NCBI GenBank assembly: GCA_963702435.1
Contig: CAVPCR010000001.1
Span: 1,184,001-1,248,000 of the forward strand
Length of the DNA stretch: 64,000 nt
Direction of reading: 5' to 3'
DNA from: Candidatus Eiseniibacteriota bacterium
Lineage (GTDB): Bacteria; Eisenbacteria; RBG-16-71-46; CAVPCR01
This document shows, in pieces, positions 46,870-56,240 of this stretch. The position numbers and the translations under genes were made by a program. Below the pieces are notes generated by a model. The model worked only from the letters and a program-made list of their open reading frames with translations. It searched no databases and was not told where the DNA came from. Every line of letters starts with the position of its first letter. Within the stretch, counting starts at the first letter, position 1.

Positions 46870-49800
46870 GACCGACCCTCTCCCACATTGCCGCGGTCCA
46901 CGTGCAGCCGCAGCACCCCGGCCGGCGACTCGTCGCCGCCGCGCTCTTCGTCCTCTTCCTCGCCTGGTCGCCGCTCGCCGCCCGCGGGCAGATCATCGAG
47001 AACGAGGCGGCCGGCGCCGCCAACGGCGTCCCGCTCCTCGGCGCCGGCGCGCGCGTGTCCTTGAATCGCATCGTCGTGCCGGGCGTCGCTGCGGTGGCCG
47101 AGGTTTCTCCCAACACCGTGTCACCGGGCAGCCAGGGCCAGGGGTTCGTTCTCGATGTGTGGCCGGAGATCGGTCCCGCCGATCCGGCGGTCGACACCCT
47201 CCTCGTCACCATTCCCCCCGGCTACTCGCTCCTCCGCATCGATGGAGTCGAGGTGACCGCCTCGCCGCTGACCCTGGATTGCGCCGGGCGCGGAGCGACC
47301 TCGTACTGCGCGGCGGTTGCCGGCCCGGAAGCCACCATCGTGCTCGGGAGTCCGCTCACCACCCCGAGCGGCATCCGCATCCGGTTGTCGGCCGATACCC
47401 CGCTCACCGTCGGACGCGGGGATTTCACCGTGGCCGTGGCCGCGGCCGGAGGCCGGACCCCGGCCACACCCGGCAACGCGGACGGCGATCCCACCGATGC
47501 CAACAGTCTCTCCGTGCGTGTGGTCGATGATGTCGATCAGGTTCGATCCACGGTCGTGGTGACCCCGGCGGTCGTGCTGGCCGATGGCCTGGCAGCGGGA
47601 GCAGTCACGGTCACGCTGCGGAACAACATGGACCAGCCGCTTGCCGGCAAGACCGTGACCCTGTCCTCCGCACGCGGTGATGCCGACATCTTGACCCAGC
47701 CGATTGCTCCGACCAACAGCGAGGGGGTGACCACCGGCGAAGTGCGATCGACCGTGCCCGGCCTCGCCCCCATCTTCGCCGCCGACTTGACCGACAGCGT
47801 GACCATCACGCAACCGGGCGCCGTGACCTTCACGCAGGGCCTCGTGCTCGCGCTCGAGCTCGTGGCCAGCCGGCGCGAAGTCACCACCGGCGAGATCGTC
47901 ACCTACAGCGCGATCCTCCGCAATGCGACCTCCGATTCGGTCACCACGGTGCGGGTCGAGAACACGGGTCCGGTCGGGTTCAAGTACGTGCCCGGTTCCG
48001 CCCGCCTGCGCGGGGCGCCAGTGGCCGACCCGGCCGGGGATCGCACCCTCGACTTCGCCGTGGGCACCGTGCCGGCGTGGGTGGATGCCAACCTGAACGG
48101 ACGGGCGGACGTCGGCGAATCCGGTGTGGTCGTCCTCAGCTATCAGATGGTGGCGGGGTCGGGCGCCACGCCCGGCGACTACCGGAACAGCGCGGTGGCC
48201 AGGGATGCGTGCGCGACGTGCATCCTCTCGAACGTGGACGAGGCGGTCGTCCACGTCGGGGTCGATGAGTTCTTCAGCCTGGGCACCATCGTCGGCAAGA
48301 TCTTCGAGGACCGGAATCGGGACGGCCGCCAGCAACGCGAGGAAGCCGGCATGGCCGGAACGCGGGTGGTGCTCGATGACGGGACGTCTGCGCTCACCGA
48401 TTCCCGTGGCCTCTATCACTTCCCGGCGGTGCGGGCCGGGGATCGCCTGGTCAAGATCGACCTCGCGAGCCAGGCCGGTCTCGCCGCCGCCACGACCGAC
48501 GAGGCCCGCATCGTTTCGGTCACGCCGGGGCTCCTCGCCCGGGCCAACTTCGGCGTGGTCGTGGAGAGCGACACCGTACGGGTCGGGCGCCCGGCGGTCC
48601 GTGGTCTGCAAATCACCGCCCAACCGAGCTACGAGCCGGTCAAGGTGCTGGGGACCATCGAGGGACCACGGGTCCTCGTCAACGGCGAGCCCTTGCCTCT
48701 CCCCTTGAGCGAGGTCAATACCGCCCGCGCCGCGGGGTCGGACGTCGTGGAGCTCAGCGGTGATCGCCTCGCACGGCCCATCACCTTCCGTCTGGAGGCG
48801 GATTCCGCCGCCGCCGTCGTGGGCTGGCGGCTCGTCATCTGCGATGCGCTGGGGGACACGGTCCGCGTGGTGCGCGGCGAAGGGCGGCCGGCGGACGTGA
48901 CCTGGGACGGGGTCCGCGACGATGGCGAGCGCATCCACGGCGGAGAGATCTATCGCTACCGTCTGGAGGTGGAGTACGCGCAGGGCATGCGGGCGGCGAG
49001 CCCGGTCCGCACGCTCGGCATCAACGGCCGCTCGATCCCCGCCGTGCGCCTCGGCCAGAGCGCCTTCGCGCCAGGAACTGCCGATCTGACGCCGGAGGCG
49101 CGGGCCGCCTTGAAGAACCTGGCCGGTCTCCTCCGCCGCTATCCCGAGGAGCGGATCCTCATCGCTGCGCATGCCGATTCGACCCGACTCGCGCCGGACG
49201 TGAGATCGATGTGGCAGCAGCGCGCTGCCGCCGCGGCGACCCATCTCGCCGCTGAAGAGCTGATCGACGAGAACCGGCTCCTCCCGGCCGCGGGCGCTGT
49301 GGATGTCCAGACCGCATCGCCGGACGCCGGCGGCCAGCAGGCGATCGCTTGCTGGGTGAGCGTGAGCGGCGAGAAACCCCACGACATCAAGGCCCGCGTT
49401 CTCGACCAGCACCGCTCGACTCCGGAGCTGGCGATCAACGAGCGGACGGTGCCGGTCGACCCCGATGGCCGTTTTCTCACCCAGGTCGAAGACAACGAGT
49501 CCAACGAGCTGAGCGTCCGCCTGCGCGGCACGCACGGCGACGAGGTCGAGCGCTCGGTCCCGTTGCCGCGGCTCGAGATTCTCGAACCGGCGGGCAACGT
49601 GCGCCTGCCCTATGGCACTGCCGCCGGCGGCTTCCGCATTCCCGAGCAAGCCGCACTCGAGCAAACGCAGTTCCGGCTGGTCGCCGCCACCGCGACGGAC
49701 GCTGCCGACGGAGTGGCGGCAACGTGCATGCTCGTGGGCCGCACCGACCCGCCCAACGCGGTCGAGCTCGGCCGCCAGTCACTCCCGGTGGAACCGGACG

Positions 49801-52800
49801 GCACGTTCCGCGCCCAGCTCGATCTGCGCCTCGGAGACAACTTCTTCGCCCTGCTCGTGCGCAACCCGGCCGGGGTGACCCGCATCGCGAGCCTCGCGCT
49901 CCAGGTGTCGGCGACCGATCAGGAGGGGCAATTCGTCGTCGCGCTCGACCTGGTCCCGGAGCTGACCGTCTACCTGCCGCGACCTGACGCGGTGGTGACC
50001 TCGTCGCAGCTGCCGATCTCCGGCCGCACCGATCCAGAGAACGCCGTCACCATCAACGGAGAGCCGGTTCCGGTCGGCGCCGACGGCCGGTTCGCCACCA
50101 GCGTTCCCTTGTCCCGCGGCCGCAATCTCCTGCGCGTCCAGGCGATCGATCCCGCAGGGCGCGTGGCCACGGTCGAGCGGGAGTTCGAGCAGGGTCCGCC
50201 CCCGCTCTTCCTCCTGGCCCTGGCCGACGGCGTGGTCGGCCAGCTCTCGAGCAGCGGCTACCTCGACCCGGCCAGCGATCTGGCCGACGACGGCTTCTAT
50301 GCCGACGGGCGGCTCGCGTACTACCTGCGGGGTACGGTGGCCGGCAAGTACCTGGTGACCTCCGCGCTCGACGTCTCGCGCGACAACATGGACCGCATCC
50401 TCCTCGACGTCGACGCCGAGGGCAACGACCGGCTCTTCACCAACCTCGACCCCGACCGCCTCTACCCGGTGTATGGCGACTCGAGCACCGTCCTCTACGA
50501 CGCGCAGAGCCAGGGACGCTTCTACCTGGCAGTCGACAGCGAGGACTTCAAGGCCACGGTCGGCAACTATCCGCTGTCGCTCGGCGACACGGAGCTCTCG
50601 ACCTTCCAGCGCACTCTCTACGGCGGGCGCGTGCAGTATCAATCCGTGTCGCACACTCGCTATGGCGAACCACGCACGGTGGCCGTCGCCCTCGCCGCCG
50701 ACGCGCGCCAGGTGCACGTGCAGGACGTGCTGCGCGGGACCGGCGGCTCGATCTACTACTTGAGTCACGACGATGTGATCGAAGGCAGCGAGCAGGTCAC
50801 GCTCGTGGTGCGCGACGCCGACACGGGTCTCTTGCGGGCGCGGCTGCCGCGGCAACGGGACGTCGACTACGCGGTCAAGTACCGCGAGGGTCGCATTCTG
50901 TTCCACCGGCCGATCTCGAGCGTGATCGACGAGGAGTCCCTGGTCCACGGCGAGGTCCTGTCCGGACACCCGGTCTTCGTGGAGGTCAACTACGAAACCC
51001 GCGCCGGCTTCCTGGACAACGCCACGGCGGGCGGTCGCGTCAGGCAGAGCCTCGGCGATCACCTCCAGGTCGGGGGCACGTTCGTCCAGGACCAGGCCGT
51101 TGCCGGCGAGTACCAGCTTCAGGGGACCGACGTCCAGGTGCGCCTGGGCGAGAACACGCGGCTCACCGGCGAGCTGGCCGCGAGCCGTGGTTTCGGCGCG
51201 GAGACCTTCAAGAGCGACGATGGCGGCTTGAGCTTCCTGGAGACCACAGCCTATGACGCACAGGAGGGACAGGCCTGGAAGGCGGCGGCCGAGGTCGATG
51301 TCGGCGAGTGGCTCTGGGTCCCCAACCGCGCCTTGCTGCGCGGCTATGTGCGGAGAATCGAGGAAGGGTTCACCTCCGATCTCACCGTTCAGGATCAGGG
51401 TTCGCGCCAGCATGGGGTGAGCGGCACGCTCGATCTCTTGCGCGCCGGTCGCTTCGCGGTGCGCTACGAGCGGGAAGAGACGGGCGACTCGCTGGCCGCC
51501 GGGAGAGCGACGTCGGATCTCGGCTCGGTGCAATGGGTACGCCAGGCGGGGCGCTGGGGTCTCGCCACCGAGTTCCAGACGCGAGGCCGGAGCTTCGACA
51601 GCGACGCAGGGCTCGACCGCTCGAGTTACGGATCCGCGGCCGGCTGGATGATGCTCGGCTCCCGCGTCACCGGGCGACTCGAGCGCCAGCAGACCCTGGC
51701 CGGAGTCGCCAACGATCAGACCCGTCTCGGAGTCAAGGTGCGGGCCTGGCGCGGCCTCGGCTTCGAGACCCAGGCGGCCACCGGAACGCAGGGCAGTTCC
51801 CTCCTCACCGGAGCGACGCTCGCGGTCGGGGGCAGCAGCATCTACGTGAGCCAGCGGATCGAGGATCGCGCCGGTGGCCGCGCGACCACCGTCGTCGGCA
51901 CGCAGGCGCCGTTCGGGTCTTCCGGCCGCGCCTACACCGAGTACCAGTGGGAGCAAGGGCCGGAGGGCGATCGCCGCGTATCGCTGACTGGCATCCAGAG
52001 GCAGTGGGAGCAGGGCCCCGGCGTGAACCTGTACCTTGCCGGCGAGCGCGGCAACGTCGAGAACCCGAACGGAAGCACGCGCCGCACGTCGCTCTCGGCC
52101 GGCATCGCCTATGCCGAGACTCCGGGCCTCAAGTCCACGACGCGGGGCGAGGTGCGGGTCGAATCCGGGGCCGCGGATCGCCTGCAGCTCTTCCTGTCCG
52201 AGCGGCTCGAGAAGCGGCTGAACCAGAGCTTCGTCGCCCTGGGCAGCTATCGCTACAGCCGCACCCAGGACCGCCGGCTGGACCGCGCGGAAGCCTACTT
52301 CAAGGAGCTGAGTGTCGGCGTGGCTTACCGCCCGCTCATGAGCGATGCGATCGACGGTCTGGCCCGCTACACGCGCCTTCACGACTTCCGCCCGGCGGAC
52401 CAGAACACGATCGCCCAGGAGGTCTACGCCATGGATGTGTTCTCCGGCGAGGCCACCGTGGACATCGGCTCCGGCGTCGCCTGGAGCGGGAAGGGCGCCG
52501 GTCGGATAACACGCCAGGGACCGGACGACGATTCGCTCACCCGGACGCGGAGCTTCCTCGTCATCAACCGGGTCGACTATGCATTCAGGCCGCCGCTGAG
52601 CGTGGCGGCGGAGTACCGCGTGCTTGGCGAGGTCGACTTCCACACGCAGCGCCGCGGGTGGCTCAACGAGCTCACGTGGACGGCCGCCAAGCACTTCCGT
52701 CTGGGGGCGGGCTACAACTTCACTGATTTCTCGGACAACGAGTTCGCGCGCGATGACTACTCGCTGCGCGGCTGGTTCTTCCGCGTGCAGGGGAAGTACT

Positions 52801-52802
52801 AG
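46866..52802 (+). CDS. Large outer-membrane protein: Big_1, DUF11, SdrD-B, degenerate OmpA-like and Ig domains with a large C-terminal beta-barrel
   Basis: Signal peptide; VLADG..VTVTLRN (Big_1); GEIVTY...GFKYVPGSA...YRNSAVA (DUF11); GKIFEDRNRDG (SdrD-B); FAPGTADL...IAAHAD (OmpA-like); long amphipathic strand region ending FRVQGKY. Confidence 0.85.
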   Translation: MRPTLSHIAAVHVQPQHPGRRLVAAALFVLFLAWSPLAARGQIIENEAAGAANGVPLLGAGARVSLNRIVVPGVAAVAEVSPNTVSPGSQGQGFVLDVWPEIGPADPAVDTLLVTIPPGYSLLRIDGVEVTASPLTLDCAGRGATSYCAAVAGPEATIVLGSPLTTPSGIRIRLSADTPLTVGRGDFTVAVAAAGGRTPATPGNADGDPTDANSLSVRVVDDVDQVRSTVVVTPAVVLADGLAAGAVTVTLRNNMDQPLAGKTVTLSSARGDADILTQPIAPTNSEGVTTGEVRSTVPGLAPIFAADLTDSVTITQPGAVTFTQGLVLALELVASRREVTTGEIVTYSAILRNATSDSVTTVRVENTGPVGFKYVPGSARLRGAPVADPAGDRTLDFAVGTVPAWVDANLNGRADVGESGVVVLSYQMVAGSGATPGDYRNSAVARDACATCILSNVDEAVVHVGVDEFFSLGTIVGKIFEDRNRDGRQQREEAGMAGTRVVLDDGTSALTDSRGLYHFPAVRAGDRLVKIDLASQAGLAAATTDEARIVSVTPGLLARANFGVVVESDTVRVGRPAVRGLQITAQPSYEPVKVLGTIEGPRVLVNGEPLPLPLSEVNTARAAGSDVVELSGDRLARPITFRLEADSAAAVVGWRLVICDALGDTVRVVRGEGRPADVTWDGVRDDGERIHGGEIYRYRLEVEYAQGMRAASPVRTLGINGRSIPAVRLGQSAFAPGTADLTPEARAALKNLAGLLRRYPEERILIAAHADSTRLAPDVRSMWQQRAAAAATHLAAEELIDENRLLPAAGAVDVQTASPDAGGQQAIACWVSVSGEKPHDIKARVLDQHRSTPELAINERTVPVDPDGRFLTQVEDNESNELSVRLRGTHGDEVERSVPLPRLEILEPAGNVRLPYGTAAGGFRIPEQAALEQTQFRLVAATATDAADGVAATCMLVGRTDPPNAVELGRQSLPVEPDGTFRAQLDLRLGDNFFALLVRNPAGVTRIASLALQVSATDQEGQFVVALDLVPELTVYLPRPDAVVTSSQLPISGRTDPENAVTINGEPVPVGADGRFATSVPLSRGRNLLRVQAIDPAGRVATVEREFEQGPPPLFLLALADGVVGQLSSSGYLDPASDLADDGFYADGRLAYYLRGTVAGKYLVTSALDVSRDNMDRILLDVDAEGNDRLFTNLDPDRLYPVYGDSSTVLYDAQSQGRFYLAVDSEDFKATVGNYPLSLGDTELSTFQRTLYGGRVQYQSVSHTRYGEPRTVAVALAADARQVHVQDVLRGTGGSIYYLSHDDVIEGSEQVTLVVRDADTGLLRARLPRQRDVDYAVKYREGRILFHRPISSVIDEESLVHGEVLSGHPVFVEVNYETRAGFLDNATAGGRVRQSLGDHLQVGGTFVQDQAVAGEYQLQGTDVQVRLGENTRLTGELAASRGFGAETFKSDDGGLSFLETTAYDAQEGQAWKAAAEVDVGEWLWVPNRALLRGYVRRIEEGFTSDLTVQDQGSRQHGVSGTLDLLRAGRFAVRYEREETGDSLAAGRATSDLGSVQWVRQAGRWGLATEFQTRGRSFDSDAGLDRSSYGSAAGWMMLGSRVTGRLERQQTLAGVANDQTRLGVKVRAWRGLGFETQAATGTQGSSLLTGATLAVGGSSIYVSQRIEDRAGGRATTVVGTQAPFGSSGRAYTEYQWEQGPEGDRRVSLTGIQRQWEQGPGVNLYLAGERGNVENPNGSTRRTSLSAGIAYAETPGLKSTTRGEVRVESGAADRLQLFLSERLEKRLNQSFVALGSYRYSRTQDRRLDRAEAYFKELSVGVAYRPLMSDAIDGLARYTRLHDFRPADQNTIAQEVYAMDVFSGEATVDIGSGVAWSGKGAGRITRQGPDDDSLTRTRSFLVINRVDYAFRPPLSVAAEYRVLGEVDFHTQRRGWLNELTWTAAKHFRLGAGYNFTDFSDNEFARDDYSLRGWFFRVQGKY

Positions 52803-52806
52803 AGCC

Positions 52807-54267
52807 ATGAAGCTACACGCGCTGGACAAGAAGCACAGCCGGCGGAAACCGGCGGCTGGGGCGCCGGTGGTGGCGCTAGCGGTGGCGCCGGCGCCCTCGC
52901 CGGCTGGCGACTCGGAGCTCCCGGTTGCTCCCGGGCGGCGGGCGCTCCGCATCGCGCTGGAAGCGCTGCTCTCGATTGGCGTGGCGCTTGCCTTCTTCTC
53001 GGTCTTCCTGGCCGCGCTCAATGTCATCTTCCCGTCGAGCCTGGGAATCGGTGCGGCCACTCCCGGCGCCTTCTTGAGTGCACTCAGAAGGGAGCTCGCC
53101 GGAAACGGCGACGCCGGATCTTCCGCGAACGCTCATCCCCCCGTGCTCGATGGTGTCCTCACCGTGCTCAGCCACGAGGTGAAGACACGGCCGGCCGGTG
53201 CGATCGCCTGGACCGGGGCGCGGTCCAATGCGCGGCTCGGCGTCGGGGATGCGGTGCACACCCTGTCCGCGGGGACGGCGCTCCTCGCCTTCGATGCAAG
53301 CGGCCGCTTCCAGCTCGGCCGCAACACGCTGATGGTCGTCCGCGGCCCCGAGGACGCTGGTGACATCCAGGGCCCCATCCTGCTCGTCCTCGAGGGCGAG
53401 CTGTTCGGAGACGTGGGGGCGATGGCCGGCGGGAAGCAGGTGGCGCACGCCGCCGGCCTCGGTGCGCCCGCGAGCGCCGGCGCGCCGCCGGCGGCGCAGG
53501 AGCCGCTGCCGGTCCGCATCGCCACCCCCGCGGGGACCGTGGCGATCGCGCCCTCCACCGCGGCGAACACCCAGTTCCGGGTGGTGGTTCGCCCCGACAG
53601 GAGCGCGGTCGTGTCCACCTACAAGGGTGCGGTCGCGGTCGACGTCGGCGGCCGCACCGTGCAAGTGGGCCCCAATCAGTTCGTGACCCTGGACGCGAAC
53701 ACCACGCTCTCCGCGCCCCGGAGGCTGCCGGAGCCGCCGGCGCTCGCCGCGCCACGAGCCGGCGCCCTCTTCCATTACCGGACCTTCCCGCCGCAGGTCG
53801 AGTTCAAGTGGCATCGGCAGCCGGCCGCGGAGGCGTACCGGATCGTCGTGGCCAGCGACCGCGAGTTCCAATCCGTCGTCTGGGATCAGCAGGTGGCGAC
53901 GACAGATCTCACGCACGGAAACTTGAAGGCCGGCACCTACTACTGGCACGTGTCCACGATAGCGAGCGGGGCGGAGAGCGCACCGTCTCCCCCCTTGTCG
54001 ATGCAGGTGACGCAGAGCGATGCGCCGCCTCCCCTGCAAGTGGACTTTCCGACTGAAACGGTTCATGCGACGTCGTGCACGATCACCGGCACGGCTTCGC
54101 CGGGGACCCGGATCTTCGTCGCCGGACAGGCGGCGTCCGTTGATGGCAAGGGCCGCTTCGCGTGCCGAGTCGAACTCCAGCGGGGCTTCAACGTGCTGGT
54201 GGTCGAGGCCCTGGACCAGGCGGGCAACGTGACCTACAGCTCCAAGATGGTGGAGGCGAGCTACTAG
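52807..54267 (+). CDS. Membrane-anchored FecR-like domain protein with FN3/Ig domains
   Basis: Single TM; EVKTR...IAW..A..L..GDAVHT, IATPAGTVAI, FRVVV, V..YKGAVAV; FN3-like W..Q..A..YRI...GTYYWHV; Ig-like LQRGFNVLVVEALDQAGN. Confidence 0.75.
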   Translation: MKLHALDKKHSRRKPAAGAPVVALAVAPAPSPAGDSELPVAPGRRALRIALEALLSIGVALAFFSVFLAALNVIFPSSLGIGAATPGAFLSALRRELAGNGDAGSSANAHPPVLDGVLTVLSHEVKTRPAGAIAWTGARSNARLGVGDAVHTLSAGTALLAFDASGRFQLGRNTLMVVRGPEDAGDIQGPILLVLEGELFGDVGAMAGGKQVAHAAGLGAPASAGAPPAAQEPLPVRIATPAGTVAIAPSTAANTQFRVVVRPDRSAVVSTYKGAVAVDVGGRTVQVGPNQFVTLDANTTLSAPRRLPEPPALAAPRAGALFHYRTFPPQVEFKWHRQPAAEAYRIVVASDREFQSVVWDQQVATTDLTHGNLKAGTYYWHVSTIASGAESAPSPPLSMQVTQSDAPPPLQVDFPTETVHATSCTITGTASPGTRIFVAGQAASVDGKGRFACRVELQRGFNVLVVEALDQAGNVTYSSKMVEASY

Positions 54268-54277
54268 CCGGAGGCCG

Positions 54278-56119
54278 ATGAACATGCGGCGTTCACTGCG
54301 GATTCCGATCCGCTACAAGATCCTGGTCGCCCTTCTGCTGGTGGTCACCGCCGTGGTGAGCGCGATCACCTTCACGATGGCGCACCTGTTCCACGTCGAC
54401 AAGAAGATCTACGTCTCGGACCTGACCTCGGTGCTCGCCGTTCACGCCGCCGACGAGGCGAGCGCGATCCTGAAGGGCTACCGCGAGCGGCTGGAGACCA
54501 TCACCCGGATCCTCGAGGACCCCGCGATCAGCGCCGCGCGCCGGACCGAGCTGGTCAGGAACGTGATCCGGAACTACGGCGGCATGATCGCGGTCACGTT
54601 CTACGAAGGCGGGCGGGAAGTGGGCACCCTCTACGACGGCGAGGCGCTGGCCCAGGCCGGGATCTCCCCCCAGGCGATGGACGAGTACCGCCGGGCCCAC
54701 CCCCTCGCCGCCGATGCGCTGGCCGGCGGGCGCCTGTATGTCGCCAATTCAACCCTCTCGGAACGACTGCCGGCCTTGACTCTTGGCCTGTCGAGCCCGC
54801 GCGCGGCGGGCCGCGACCCGATCGTCGTCGTCGCCACAGTCCGGCTGGAAGAGCTCTTGCGGGTGAGCCGCCGCTCCACGGCCATCGACGTGTTCTTCGT
54901 CGATGGCGGGGGCAGCGTGCTCAGCCACAAGGACCTCAAGCAGGTGGCGGAGCACCGGCGTGTCACTGGATTGCCGGCCCTGAGCGCGATGAGCCGGGCC
55001 ATGGTCTGGGAGTACGAGCGGGAGGGCGTGGATCGGATCGGCGGTTTCGCCCGCATCGGCAACACCGACCTCCTGGCCGTCGCCGAGGTGCCCAAGGCAG
55101 CGGCCTACTTCGCCTCGCGGGAGCTCTTGCGAGAGCTGATGGCCGTTGCCCTCGCCCTGCTCATGATCGCCGCTCTCGTCGGCATGCTGTGGTCGCACCA
55201 GCTGACAGACTCGATCACGCGCCTCGTGCACGCCAGCCGGGTCATCGGCAAGGGTGATTTCAATGTCCGCGTCCAGATCAGATCGCAAGACGAGATTGGC
55301 ACGCTGGCCGAGTCGTTCAACCAGATGGCGACCGAGCTGTATGACCGCGAGCGGGCGCTCAAGGAGGCGCAGGCGCAGCTCATCCAGTCGGAAAAGCTCG
55401 CCGCCTTCGGCCAGCTGGGGGCAGGCGTGGCGCACGAGATCAAGAATCCGCTGGCCGGCATCCTCGGTGTTGTCCAGCTCATGCGCCGCGAGACGAAGCA
55501 GGCCGACTCGCTGGGCGAAGGTCTGGCGATGATCGAGAAGGAAACCAGGCGCTGCAAGGAGATCCTGGACAATCTCCTCCGCTTCGCGCGCCAGGAGAAA
55601 GTCTCGTTCGCCCCGGTCGAGGTCTCGTCCGTGATCAAGGATGCCGTGGCGATTATGAGCCACCAGCTCAGCTTGCATCAGGTGAAGCTCGAAGCAGATG
55701 TCGCTCCGGCGCTCGCGCCCTTCTTCGGCAACGCAAACCAGATCCAGCAGGTGCTCATGAACCTCATCCTGAACGCCGAGCAGGCCATGGCCGGCCGCGG
55801 GGGCCAGGTACAGGTCGGAGCACGAGCCGTGAACGGCCGGATCGAGATTCGCGTCGCCGACAGCGGTCCCGGGATAGCCAAGGAACTCCAGCACCGCATT
55901 TTCGAGCCGTTCTTCAGCACCAAGGAGACGGGAAAGGGGACCGGCCTCGGTCTCTCGGTCTCCTACGGAATCGTGCAGGAGCACAAGGGCACGATCGCGG
56001 TGGAGAGCGAGCCGGGCGCCGGCGCGACCTTCATCATCTGCCTGCCGATCATGGACACCGCCGCTGCCGATGGCGAGGGCGAGGGTGCGGCGGCCGTGCC
56101 GCTCGCGCCGGCGGCGTAG
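54278..56119 (+). CDS. Membrane sensor histidine kinase (Cache-like periplasmic domain, HAMP, NtrB-type)
   Basis: Two TM segments, [48 protein letters not shown]. Confidence 0.93.
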   Translation: MNMRRSLRIPIRYKILVALLLVVTAVVSAITFTMAHLFHVDKKIYVSDLTSVLAVHAADEASAILKGYRERLETITRILEDPAISAARRTELVRNVIRNYGGMIAVTFYEGGREVGTLYDGEALAQAGISPQAMDEYRRAHPLAADALAGGRLYVANSTLSERLPALTLGLSSPRAAGRDPIVVVATVRLEELLRVSRRSTAIDVFFVDGGGSVLSHKDLKQVAEHRRVTGLPALSAMSRAMVWEYEREGVDRIGGFARIGNTDLLAVAEVPKAAAYFASRELLRELMAVALALLMIAALVGMLWSHQLTDSITRLVHASRVIGKGDFNVRVQIRSQDEIGTLAESFNQMATELYDRERALKEAQAQLIQSEKLAAFGQLGAGVAHEIKNPLAGILGVVQLMRRETKQADSLGEGLAMIEKETRRCKEILDNLLRFARQEKVSFAPVEVSSVIKDAVAIMSHQLSLHQVKLEADVAPALAPFFGNANQIQQVLMNLILNAEQAMAGRGGQVQVGARAVNGRIEIRVADSGPGIAKELQHRIFEPFFSTKETGKGTGLGLSVSYGIVQEHKGTIAVESEPGAGATFIICLPIMDTAAADGEGEGAAAVPLAPAA

Positions 56120-56161
56120 AAACCGGTCAGGTAGACGATGCTCCTTTGCACCGAGCAGTTG

Positions 56162-56193
56162 AGGAGGGAGCCTCCGCGGAGGCTCCCTCCTTT
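56162..56193 (+). terminator. Rho-independent terminator-like hairpin between convergent genes
   Basis: AGGAGGGAGCCTC-CGCG-GAGGCTCCCTCCT followed by a short T tract. Confidence 0.7.
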
Positions 56194-56240
56194 GCGCTGC
56201 CCGGCGACCTCCGGGTTGATGCCGGGGGAATGTCGCGGAC

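Noticed and set aside
45631..52802. Classical chaperone-usher, type IV, type V or sortase pilus assignment
   Set aside because: No PapD/PapC motifs, no prepilin G|FxxxE site, no lipobox on the subunits, and no LPxTG or sortase.
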